Assembly: GCA_965228735.1 (NCBI GenBank)
Contig: OZ245838.1
Span: forward strand, 3,392,001 to 3,456,000
DNA from: Planctomycetota bacterium
GTDB lineage: Bacteria; Planctomycetota; UBA1135; UBA2386
Direction of reading: 5' to 3'
Length of the DNA: 64,000 nucleotides
The position numbers and the translations under genes are program-made. The notes below the pieces were generated by a model. That model had not been told where the DNA came from. It worked only from the letters and a program-made list of their open reading frames with translations, and searched no databases. Positions 9,931-18,883 of the stretch are shown here, one piece after another (positions within the stretch are counted from its first letter, which is position 1; each line of letters starts with the position of its first letter).

Positions 9931-11061
9931 TTATTCCGCCCGCGTCGGGCCCGAATCGACCCCGCAAAGCTGCCCGAGCAGGGTCGCGATCCGGCCAGCG
10001 GCGTGGCCGTCGCCGTAGGGGTTCTCCGCCCGCGCCATCGCCGCGCGGGCGCCCGGATCGTCGAGCAGGGCGCCAGCCTCGCGCACGATGGCCGCCGAGT
10101 CGACCCCCACGAGCCGGGCGACGCCGGCCTCGATGCCCTCGGGCCGTTCGGTCTCGTCCCGCAGCACCAGCACGGGGACGCCGAAGCTCGGCGCCTCCTC
10201 CTGGATCCCGCCGCTGTCCGTGAGGATCAGGCTCGCGTCCGTCATCGCCGCGACCGTCGTCGGGTAGTCGAACGGCTCCGCGAGGCGAACGCGTGGATGA
10301 TCCGCGAGCACGGCCTGGGCCACGCGCTGCACGTTGGGGTTGGGATGCACCGGGAACAGCAGTTCGACATCGTCGCGATCGGCGAGCGCGCGCAGCCCCG
10401 AGCAAAGCGACTCGAACGGCGCACCGAAGTGTTCGCGCCGGTGGGCCGTGACGAACACGAGATGCCGGCCCGGCGCGGGCCGGAACCGGCCGCCGGACAC
10501 CCTCGCCCGCGTCTGTTCGAGCGCGTCGACGACCGGGTTGCCCGTGACGTGCACGCGCCCACCCGGCACGCCCTCGCGCAGGAGGCTCATGCGCGCGCGG
10601 TCGGTCGGCGCGAAGTGGATCGCCGCGAGGCGCGCGACCATCGCGCGGTTGGCCTCCTCCGGGAACGGCCGCTCGGGGTTGCCGGTCCGGAGCCCCGCCT
10701 CGACGTGCGCGAACGGGATGCGGCGGTAGAACGCCGCGAGCGCCGCGGTGAACACCGTCGTCGTGTCGCCCTGCGCGACGACGACCGCGGGCCGCTCGTG
10801 CACCAGTGCTGCGTCGAACCGTTCGAGCAGCCGCGCCGTGAGCCCGCTGAGCTGCTGGTCCGGCTGCATCACGTCGAGATCGCGATCGGGCGCGATGTCG
10901 AAGAAGCCGAGCGCCTGGTCGAGCAGTTCGCGGTGCTGCGCGGTCGCGAGCACGCGGCAATCCGCCCAGTCGCTCCGCCGCAGCGCCTGGATGACGGGCG
11001 CCATCTTGACCGCCTCGGCGCGCGTGCCGACGACGGTCAGGACGCGGACCGGGCTCACCAC
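9931..11061 (-). CDS. wecB: UDP-N-acetylglucosamine 2-epimerase (non-hydrolysing)
   Basis: GTRAEAVKMAPV, TAQHRELL, QGDTTT, HVEAGLRT, FPEEANR, TDSGGIQEEAP, NPYGDGHA. Confidence 0.95.
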   Translation of the reverse strand: MVSPVRVLTVVGTRAEAVKMAPVIQALRRSDWADCRVLATAQHRELLDQALGFFDIAPDRDLDVMQPDQQLSGLTARLLERFDAALVHERPAVVVAQGDTTTVFTAALAAFYRRIPFAHVEAGLRTGNPERPFPEEANRAMVARLAAIHFAPTDRARMSLLREGVPGGRVHVTGNPVVDALEQTRARVSGGRFRPAPGRHLVFVTAHRREHFGAPFESLCSGLRALADRDDVELLFPVHPNPNVQRVAQAVLADHPRVRLAEPFDYPTTVAAMTDASLILTDSGGIQEEAPSFGVPVLVLRDETERPEGIEAGVARLVGVDSAAIVREAGALLDDPGARAAMARAENPYGDGHAAGRIATLLGQLCGVDSGPTRAE

Positions 11062-12590
11062 GCCGAATCGCCGGTCGGATCACCCCGGTCGGTGACGATG
11101 CGCGGCGTGATGTAGAACTCGACCGTGGTCTTGTTGCTCTGGGTCGAGGTCGAACGGAACAGGAAGCCGAGGATCGGGATGTCGCCGAGCAGCGGCACCT
11201 TGGTCTCGCTCTCGAACGTCGTCTCGGACTGCAGCCCGCCGATCACCAGCGTGTGGTTGTTCTTCAGGTAGACCGTCGTCACGGCCGTGCGATTGCTCGT
11301 GATCGGCGTCACGACCGGATCGGTGTTCGCAAAGCCCGTGATCGCGGACACGTCGGCGTAGACCTGCAGGATGACCGAGTCGGTGCCGGCGATCGTCGGC
11401 ACGATGTTCATCTTCACGCCGACCGGCTTGAACGAGATGTCGGTCGCGACGTTGGAGCCGAGCTGGTTGATCTTGGCCTTCGGAAACGGCACGTCCGTGA
11501 ACGTCGCGATCGACGCCACGCCGCCGTTGCGCACGACGAGCTTCGGCGAGTTCTGGATGTCCGCGATGTTGTTGGCCTCGAGCGCCTCGAGGACCATGTT
11601 GAGCTCCCAGCTGTCGTGGATGCCGCCGAGCTGAAAGAGCCCGATGTCGGTCACGGGGGTCGCGCCGACGATCGGCTGGCTCAGCGGGAAGATCGACGTG
11701 AACGAGCGCACGAGCTGGCCGCTCGACAGGTTGCTCAAGACCGGCGTGTTGCTGTCGATCGCGGTCACGCCGAACGCGAGCGCGTCGGCGACGCTGTACT
11801 CGACGACCTGCACCGTGATCTCGATCTGCGGGATGCTGCCGTAGAACAGGTCGAGCGCGGCCTCGAACGCGTTGAGCGCCGACGGCTGCGCCGTGATGAT
11901 CGCGAGCGACACGGTCGGCCCGGCCGTCGGCGGCGCCAACGCCGTGCTCATGATCGCCGTGCCCTTCGGCGGGTCGACGATCTTGGCGCCACCGAGCACC
12001 TCGAAGTCCTGCACGTAGGTGACCTCGATCTCGTGCTCGCGCAGCATCCGCCCGAGCACGCTCGTGCCCTCGGCCCCGCCGATCTTGGTCCCGGCAGGCG
12101 GCGGCGTAGTAGCCGGGGCGACCGGCTTGCCGGGCTCGATCTTGGTGATGAGCTTGAGGAACGTCGTCGCGAGGTCGCCCGCGAGGAAGTACTGCTTCGT
12201 GACGGTGCCGTCGGTGTTGACGAGCACGCTGCTGCCGAACTCGGTGCGCAGCCGGGCGGCGCGCTGTTCCTGACTCTCGTCCTGCGGGTCCTGGGGCGCG
12301 AAGCGCGAACGCCCCGCCGTATTCTCGTTTGCAGGATCGGCAGCGGGGTTGCCAGCTCCGGGGCCGCGGGTGCCGGTCGCGTCCGCGGCGGTGGCCCCGG
12401 CGCCGGCCAGCCCCCATGCCAGCGGACCGGCGGACTCACCCCCGAGGGCCGCCCGTTCCTCGACCGCGAACTGGACGTCGAGCGGGTTGACCCGCTTCTT
12501 GCCCGCGCTGACACAACCAGCGGTCAGCTGGAGGGCTGACAGGGAGACCAGGAGCAGCAGCGCGCGCGTCGGCACGACCGGGATTGTCAT
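11055..12590 (-). CDS. Secretin (GspD/PilQ-like) with lipoprotein signal
   Basis: LTAGC lipobox; PQIEITVQVVE, SPKLVVRNG, FKPVGVKMNIVP, TLVIGGL, KVPLLGDIPILGFLFRS, FYITPRIV. Confidence 0.88.
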   Translation of the reverse strand: MTIPVVPTRALLLLVSLSALQLTAGCVSAGKKRVNPLDVQFAVEERAALGGESAGPLAWGLAGAGATAADATGTRGPGAGNPAADPANENTAGRSRFAPQDPQDESQEQRAARLRTEFGSSVLVNTDGTVTKQYFLAGDLATTFLKLITKIEPGKPVAPATTPPPAGTKIGGAEGTSVLGRMLREHEIEVTYVQDFEVLGGAKIVDPPKGTAIMSTALAPPTAGPTVSLAIITAQPSALNAFEAALDLFYGSIPQIEITVQVVEYSVADALAFGVTAIDSNTPVLSNLSSGQLVRSFTSIFPLSQPIVGATPVTDIGLFQLGGIHDSWELNMVLEALEANNIADIQNSPKLVVRNGGVASIATFTDVPFPKAKINQLGSNVATDISFKPVGVKMNIVPTIAGTDSVILQVYADVSAITGFANTDPVVTPITSNRTAVTTVYLKNNHTLVIGGLQSETTFESETKVPLLGDIPILGFLFRSTSTQSNKTTVEFYITPRIVTDRGDPTGDSAW

Positions 12591-12624
12591 TCAGAAGTCG
12601 GGCGAGCGCGAGCGTTTGTCGCCG

Positions 12625-13011
12625 CTACTCTTCGATCTTCTCGATGACCTTGTCGGTCAGGTCCGCGACGTCGCGACCCTGCTTGTCCGAGATATCGTCT
12701 TTCCTAACGACGAGATCCCGGCTCTCGTCGGTCGCGATCTCCTTGACCGCGGCTCGGATCCGCTTGTTCATCTTGCGGACGAGTTGCTTGCCGCGCGCAG
12801 AATCCACGTCGATGGACTCGGCTTCGATCGTCTTCCACTCCTCCGTGACCTCTTTGACCTTGTCGAGGTCGATCACGGCGGGGGCACTCGTATTGGAAGA
12901 GCTCCCGAAGTAGACGACGGCCCCTCGCTTGAGGGTGACCTGAGCCGTCGCGGTGCACGCCAGCAGGGCCATCACGACCAGGGTGAGGATCTTGTTGGTG
13001 CAGGACTTCAT
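12625..13011 (-). CDS. Short secreted Skp/OmpH-like protein
   Basis: ATG at 13011, signal peptide ending ATAQ; AVIDLDKV and C-terminal DLVVRK..DLTDKVIEKI resemble the Skp/OmpH termini. Confidence 0.6.
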   Translation of the reverse strand: MKSCTNKILTLVVMALLACTATAQVTLKRGAVVYFGSSSNTSAPAVIDLDKVKEVTEEWKTIEAESIDVDSARGKQLVRKMNKRIRAAVKEIATDESRDLVVRKDDISDKQGRDVADLTDKVIEKIEE

Positions 13012-13611
13012 GGTGTTGCTCGGAAAGTCTGGCCGTTCGCCTATCGGCCAGACGTAGATCGCTAGTGTAGAGAAGTGCAGCAAACACGATGGCAAGGTTC
13101 TTGCCTACCGTCAGCCCGTCTGTGGATGTGATCTTTTTTCCACAGACCGAATGGGCTCGTGAGGGGACCTGAGAGAACAACGTGCTCGGAACCACGAACG
13201 GGCGACCAAAGCGGTCCCGAGGACGCTGAACCCGGGTGCCAGTCCTCGGCAAGGCGTCAGCTGCCTTGGCAAGGGGACACGCGGGTCAAAGTCCCAAGCG
13301 CGTTATTCGCCAGAAGCACGCAGACTTCTTCGAATTCTCGCGGCCGTAGGCTCGCGGCCTCTCGGCGAACGATCGAGCAAGTCCTTTGACTGCATCGCGT
13401 TGAGTCGACGGGCGCACGTTCGCACGAAGCCGCGTTCGCGGTCTCGTTACATTCGGACGGCAACGAACACCCGGTACTCGCCCACGACGACGGAGCCATG
13501 GGCTGCGGCCCTCGCGCATCGCGGCAGCCCGCATCGACGTTGGCGCCGGGTGCGCGCGCTCGAGCTCGTTCGCGACGAGTCGCAAATCGAGATCGGTGAC
13601 AGGTCGACGCC

Positions 13612-13630
13612 GCACCCCGAACGGGGGTGC
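13612..13630 (-). terminator. GC hairpin downstream of pnp (possible terminator or stabiliser)
   Basis: GCACCCC-N5-GGGGTGC inverted repeat; no U-tract. Confidence 0.3.
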
Positions 13631-13719
13631 CGATCGTCGGGCTCGCCGGTCATCGGGCGCGCCGGTCGTGGGGCGCGCCAGTCGTAGGGTGGGACGCGGC
13701 AGCGCTGCCGCTGCCCCAC

Positions 13720-16700
13720 TCAGCGCCGCGTGCGGCGGCGGCGGCGCGCCGGGCGTTCGCCCTCGTCGCCGAGCAGGCTGTCGATCGACTCGAGCTCGCC
13801 GACCCCTTCGCCGCTGTCGGCGAACGGGCGCGGCGCCTCGTCCTCGTCGAAGTCGGCCATCGGCATCTCACGCTCGGCGCCGCCGCGGCTGCGGCGGCCG
13901 CGCGGCCGATCGTCGCCCTCGTCGTCACGCCGGCTGCGGCCACGGCCGCCACTGCGGCCCCGACGACCGTCGCGCGCGGCGTCGTCGTCGTCATCGCGAC
14001 GCGGCGCGCGGCGCGGCTCGTCGTCGTCGTCGCGGCGCGGGCTGCGGCGGGCACCGCGGCCACGGCCGCGATCCGCATCGTCGCGACCCCGCGGCTCCTC
14101 GTCGGCATCGTCGCGGCCGCCGCGGCGCGGCCGGCGCGTCGGCCGGTCCTCGAAGTCGTCCTGGCCGTCGTCGCGGCCACGGCCACGATCGCGGTCGCGG
14201 TCGCTCCGACCACCACGCCCGCGCGGCGCCTCGTCCGCGAAGTCGTCCTCGGCGTCCCGACCGCCCCGACTGCGGCCGCCGCGGCCGCGGCCACGATCCT
14301 CGCGGTCGTCGCGCTCCTCGCGCTCCTCACGACCACGAAGCGGGCGCCGGCCCTCGGGCCGATCGTCCCGGTCCTCGCGGTCGTCGCGGTCCCGGCCGCG
14401 CCCGCGGCCACGATCGCCACGACCACGCGGCCGCTCCTCGGCGTCCCCGCTCTCCTCGTAGCGCTCGTCACGGCGACCCGGACGTCCGCGCGCGGACCGA
14501 TCGTCCTCGCCCGCGTCGTCCGCCGGCCGGTGGCCACGACGCGGCCGATCCTCGAACGAATCGCGGTCAACGCGGCCACGGCCACCGCGATCCCGGTCAC
14601 CGCGGTCGCGATCGCCCCGATCCCGGTCACCCCGATCCCGGTCGCCCCGCTCACCACGACGACCGCGGTCCCCGCGATCCTCGCGATCACCGCGCTCCCG
14701 CCGCCCGCGCGGCCGGTCGTCGCCGTCACCATCCGGCGCGGCGTCCGCACCTTCGAGCAGCGCCTTGCGGCTGAGCTTGACCTTGCCGAAGTCGTCGATC
14801 GCGATGACCTTGACCTTGACCTTGTCACCGATGCGCACGACGTCCGTGACGGCCTTGATGAACTCGTTGCTGAGCTCGGAGACGTGCACGAGGCCTTCCT
14901 GACCCGGCAGGATCTCGACGAACGCGCCGAACTCCTTGATCGCCGTGACCGTGCCCTCGTAGACCGTGCCGAGTTCGACCTCGGCCGTCATCTGCGAGAT
15001 GTACTCGACGCACTGATCGACCTTCTCGCCGACGACGCCCGTGACCGTGCACAGGCCGCTGTCCTCGATCGAGATCTTGCACTCGTAGGTCTCCTGCAGC
15101 ATCCGGATGTTCTTGCCACCCGGGCCGATGATCGTGCCGATCTTGTCGGCCGGCACCTGCACGGAGACGAGTCGCGGCGCGTTCGAGCTCAGCTTCTCCC
15201 GCGGCTGCTTCAGCACCTTGAGCATCTCGCGCAGGATGTGCACGCGGCCGACGCGGGCCTGCTCGAGCGCTTCGGCGAGGATCTCACGCGTGAGGCCCTC
15301 GCACTTGATGTCCATCTGCAGCGCGGTGATGCCGCGGCCGGTGCCGACGACCTTGAAGTCCATGTCGCCGCACGCGTCCTCGCTGCCGAGGATGTCGGAC
15401 AGGATCGCGTAGTCCTTGCCCTCCATGACCAGGCCCATCGCGATGCCGGCGACCGGCTGCTTGATCGGCACACCGGCGTCCATCATCGCGAGCGTGCCGG
15501 CACACGCGGTCGCCATCGACGAACTGCCGTTCGACTCGAGCACCTCGCTCGTCACGCGGATCGTGTAGGGGAACTCCTCCAGCGCCGGCAGCACCGGCTC
15601 GAGACCGCGCTCGGCGAGCGCGCCGTGACCGATCTCGCGGCGACCCGGCGCGAGCATGCGCTTGGTCTCGCCCACGGAGAACGGCGGGAACGCGTAGTGC
15701 AGCAGGAAGCGCTTGCGCGGCTCCGGCATCAGCCCGTCGATGATCTGCTGATCGTCCGTGCCGCCGAGCGTGACGACACCGAGCGCCTGCGTCTCACCGC
15801 GCGTGAACAGCGTCGAGCCGTGCGTGCGCGGCAGCACCCCGACCTCGATCGTGATCGGACGGATCGTCTTCGGGTCGCGACCGTCGGCGCGCGTCGCGTT
15901 GTCGAGGATCGAGTCGCGCTCGGCCTGCTTGACCAGCTTGCCGATGATCTCGGAGACCGCCTTGTCGTGCGCCTTCTGCTCGGCCTCGCTGAGCTTGCTG
16001 TCCGCGGGGAACGCGGCCTTGGCCTCGTCCTTCGCGGCCTTGATCGCGGCCTGGCGCACCTGCTTCGGGCCCTCGGTCACCGGGGCCGCGCGCAGCGCCT
16101 TGCCGCACTTCTTCTCGATCGCCTTCTGGAGCTTGGTGTCGACCGTCGGCACCGTGTACTCCATCTCGGGCTTGCCGGCCTGCTCGACGAGCTCCTCGAT
16201 CATGTCGACGATCTCGCGGATGACCCCGTGCGCGAGCTCGAGCGCGTCGAGCACCTCGGCCTCGCTGACCTCGTTCGCGCCGGCCTCGACCATCGCGATC
16301 GCGTCCTCGTGACCGGCGACCGTCAGGTTGAGCTTGTTGCCCTCGTCGTGCAGCTGCGTCCACGTCGGGTTGACGATCAGCTCGTCCCCGATCATGCCGA
16401 TGCGCACCATGCCGAGCGTGCGGCCGTGCGGCAGCGAGCTCAGCGCGAGCGCGGCGAACGACGCGACGCCGGCGAGCACGTCACCGTCGTTCTCGCGGTC
16501 CGACGAGATCACCTGCGACAGCACCTGCACGTCGCGCTTGAAGCCGTCCGGGAACATCGGGCGGATCGAGCGGTCGATGATGCGGCACGCGAGGATCTCC
16601 TTCGTCGTCGGCCGGCCTTCACGCTTGAAGAAGCCGCCGGGGATCATGCCCGCGGCCGCGGTCTTCTCGCGGTAGTCGACGGTCAGCGGGAAGAAGTCGA

Positions 16701-17013
16701 AGCCGTCGGGGGCCTTGTTGCTGTTGACCGCGGCGAGCACCATCGTGTCGCCGTAGCGCGCGACGACGGCGCCGTCGCTGAGCTTCATCATGCGGCCGGT
16801 CTCGAGCCGCAGCGTGCGGCCCGCGATCTCGCGCTCGACGACGACCATGTCGGGGTAGAGGTCCGACGCGGCGCTGACGCTCTTCGTCTTCTTGGTCGCT
16901 TTCTTGGTGGCCTTCTTCGTGGCCTTCTTGGCGCCGGCGGCCTTCTTCGTGGCCTTCTTGCGCGGCGCGCGGGTGGAGGTGGAGGAGGATGCAGCCTTCT
17001 TCTTGGTTGCCAT
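13720..17013 (-). CDS. pnp: Polyribonucleotide nucleotidyltransferase (PNPase) with long N- and C-terminal low-complexity extensions
   Basis: FFPLTVDYRE, GGFFKREGRP, RREIGHG, ESNGSSSMA, GDMDFKV, KH (IIGPGGKNI) and S1 domains; ATG 17013; downstream of rpsO. Confidence 0.97.
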   Translation of the reverse strand: MATKKKAASSSTSTRAPRKKATKKAAGAKKATKKATKKATKKTKSVSAASDLYPDMVVVEREIAGRTLRLETGRMMKLSDGAVVARYGDTMVLAAVNSNKAPDGFDFFPLTVDYREKTAAAGMIPGGFFKREGRPTTKEILACRIIDRSIRPMFPDGFKRDVQVLSQVISSDRENDGDVLAGVASFAALALSSLPHGRTLGMVRIGMIGDELIVNPTWTQLHDEGNKLNLTVAGHEDAIAMVEAGANEVSEAEVLDALELAHGVIREIVDMIEELVEQAGKPEMEYTVPTVDTKLQKAIEKKCGKALRAAPVTEGPKQVRQAAIKAAKDEAKAAFPADSKLSEAEQKAHDKAVSEIIGKLVKQAERDSILDNATRADGRDPKTIRPITIEVGVLPRTHGSTLFTRGETQALGVVTLGGTDDQQIIDGLMPEPRKRFLLHYAFPPFSVGETKRMLAPGRREIGHGALAERGLEPVLPALEEFPYTIRVTSEVLESNGSSSMATACAGTLAMMDAGVPIKQPVAGIAMGLVMEGKDYAILSDILGSEDACGDMDFKVVGTGRGITALQMDIKCEGLTREILAEALEQARVGRVHILREMLKVLKQPREKLSSNAPRLVSVQVPADKIGTIIGPGGKNIRMLQETYECKISIEDSGLCTVTGVVGEKVDQCVEYISQMTAEVELGTVYEGTVTAIKEFGAFVEILPGQEGLVHVSELSNEFIKAVTDVVRIGDKVKVKVIAIDDFGKVKLSRKALLEGADAAPDGDGDDRPRGRRERGDREDRGDRGRRGERGDRDRGDRDRGDRDRGDRDRGGRGRVDRDSFEDRPRRGHRPADDAGEDDRSARGRPGRRDERYEESGDAEERPRGRGDRGRGRGRDRDDREDRDDRPEGRRPLRGREEREERDDREDRGRGRGGRSRGGRDAEDDFADEAPRGRGGRSDRDRDRGRGRDDGQDDFEDRPTRRPRRGGRDDADEEPRGRDDADRGRGRGARRSPRRDDDDEPRRAPRRDDDDDAARDGRRGRSGGRGRSRRDDEGDDRPRGRRSRGGAEREMPMADFDEDEAPRPFADSGEGVGELESIDSLLGDEGERPARRRRRTRR

Positions 17014-17321
17014 GTGATTCTTGGTTTCGCTTCGTGTCGTGCGCTGCATCGCGGCCGCCCCTACTTGGGGCCCGAGCCCAGGTGCAATCACCTGCGTGTG
17101 CGAGCAGTGCGGCGGAGCGCGGCCCGGACGGGCGCGGTGGACTCCGCAGAGCGGCGGGTGCGCGTTCGCGCGGCACCGGCCAATCAGTAAATGCCCGATC
17201 GGACTCGCCCCCTGGAGGGGTCGCCGGTCGAGATGAGCGGCCGCGCGTCCTTGCGCATAGCCGCGGGTTGGTTCAGGTAAGTCTCCGAGACGGTTGGTTG
17301 GACCCGCCTGCGGAAGGCCCC

Positions 17322-17597
17322 CTACTTGCGGAGGCCGAGCTTCGCAGCGAGTTCGGTATAACGAGGCAGGTCCTTGCGGCGCAGGTAAGCGCTGAGCTTG
17401 TTGCGACGGTTGACCTTCTTCAGCAGACCGTGCCGGCTGTGGTAGTCCTTCGGGTGACGCTTCATGTGGGCGGTGAGTTCTTTGATCTCGGCCGTCAGGA
17501 GCGCGATCTGGACGTCGGCAGACCCACTGTCTTTGTCGTGGCGCCGGTTGTCTTCGATGATCTGGGACTTGAGGTTGGCTTCGCCGGTATCGGTCAT
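17322..17597 (-). CDS. rpsO: 30S ribosomal protein S15
   Basis: [43 protein letters not shown] at 17597; rpsO-pnp synteny. Confidence 0.97.
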   Translation of the reverse strand: MTDTGEANLKSQIIEDNRRHDKDSGSADVQIALLTAEIKELTAHMKRHPKDYHSRHGLLKKVNRRNKLSAYLRRKDLPRYTELAAKLGLRK

Positions 17598-17887
17598 CCC
17601 TGCTACTTCCGTTTGTGTTTCAGAACCAGCGGGCCAGAACAGGGGTTTCCGGCGGCGCGGTCGGTCCGCCGCACGCTGCGGTCGGACGGTGATGGTTAGG
17701 TTGTCTGGCCCCGGACTCGGGGCGCCCCGGACTTCGGGACGCGAGCAGGATAGCGTTGCCCCGCCGCCAGACAACCGTCTTGCGGCCGCCATTTCGGCAG
17801 CCGGCGCCCGGTCGCGCTCTCGGCCGCAGTTCAGCGGCACGCGGCGACAACGAGCCTGAATCCGGCTTGACCGGATTCGGGGCCGCC

Positions 17888-18547
17888 CTACGGCAGCCGG
17901 TTCGGCTTCGGCAGGTGCGCCATGAGCTCGACGATGGCGAGCTCCGCGCAGCTGCGGGCCATGTAGTCCTGGTCCCGCGGCGCCGCCCCGGCACCACCCG
18001 CCTTGATCTCGCCGCTCAGCGTCCCGTACCACAGCTGCGCCCCGGTTCGATCGACGAGCGCCGCCTGCAGCTGGAAGTAGACGCGGCGGTTGATCAGCAG
18101 CTTGGACTCGTCCCAGCGATCGATCCGGACCGCCAGCGAACTCTCCTCACCCGTCGCGGCGGCCGCCTGCTGCAGCCAGGTCGGGTCGAGCACCGAACTC
18201 GTCGCGTTCGCCGCGCTGGCCACCGCCGAGCTGCCGCGCAGCGCCGCGTCGACCTTCTGGCGGTGAATCGGCGCATAGTTGCGCAGCACGAGCTGACGTT
18301 CGAGCTCCTGACGCAGGAACGTCAGGTGCCGTCCGACGGCCTGGTTGTCGGTGCCGTCCTCGACGGGCAGCACCGCGACCTGCGTCGGCGCCTTCACCGC
18401 GAGCGCGGGCGCGCTCGTGAACGAGGGATAGACCGAGATCGGCTCGGCGGTGCGGCAGCCCGCGGGGACCACCGAGACCGCGATCCACAGGAACAACAGC
18501 GCGGCTGCAGCAGCGGCCCGCCTGACGACGCTTCTCTGGTTGACCAT
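17888..18547 (-). CDS. Lipoprotein, DUF799/GNA1162-like
   Basis: ATG 18547, hydrophobic signal ending [25 protein letters not shown]. Confidence 0.65.
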   Translation of the reverse strand: MVNQRSVVRRAAAAAALLFLWIAVSVVPAGCRTAEPISVYPSFTSAPALAVKAPTQVAVLPVEDGTDNQAVGRHLTFLRQELERQLVLRNYAPIHRQKVDAALRGSSAVASAANATSSVLDPTWLQQAAAATGEESSLAVRIDRWDESKLLINRRVYFQLQAALVDRTGAQLWYGTLSGEIKAGGAGAAPRDQDYMARSCAELAIVELMAHLPKPNRLP

Positions 18548-18883
18548 TGACCGTTCCTCTCGCGAACGCCGACTGACCGGACGGCGGCTCGCGCTGGCAG
18601 CGATTCCGGTGCGACCATAACCAGCCGATTCGCCGGATTCCACCCACGCTCCCCGGATCCCAGCACCGAACGGAGCTCTGCACGAACCGATCACTGCTCC
18701 GAAATGATCTGCGCACGGAGCTGATGTCTTGCGTGTGGTCGAACACTCGCAACTCGTTGTCTGCACCGCGATCCCGAAAAATGCGTCCGTCTCGACTGCA
18801 GCCCCGTCGCTGCGAGCGCGCGACCCACCGGCGCTACGGCGCGGCGCGAACCGGCGAATCCACACGCATGACATCAGTAGCGG

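Noticed and set aside
7294..11115. 1273-aa plus-strand ORF
   Set aside because: Antisense shadow of TetR, gspK and wecB; no motifs; expected in high-GC DNA
13118..13147. Replication origin
   Set aside because: Only one consensus DnaA box, no box cluster, no dnaA/dnaN nearby
13627..17190. 1187-aa plus-strand ORF and alternative-frame ORFs over the pnp tail
   Set aside because: Antisense to pnp; hydrophobic V/A runs just mirror the R/D codons
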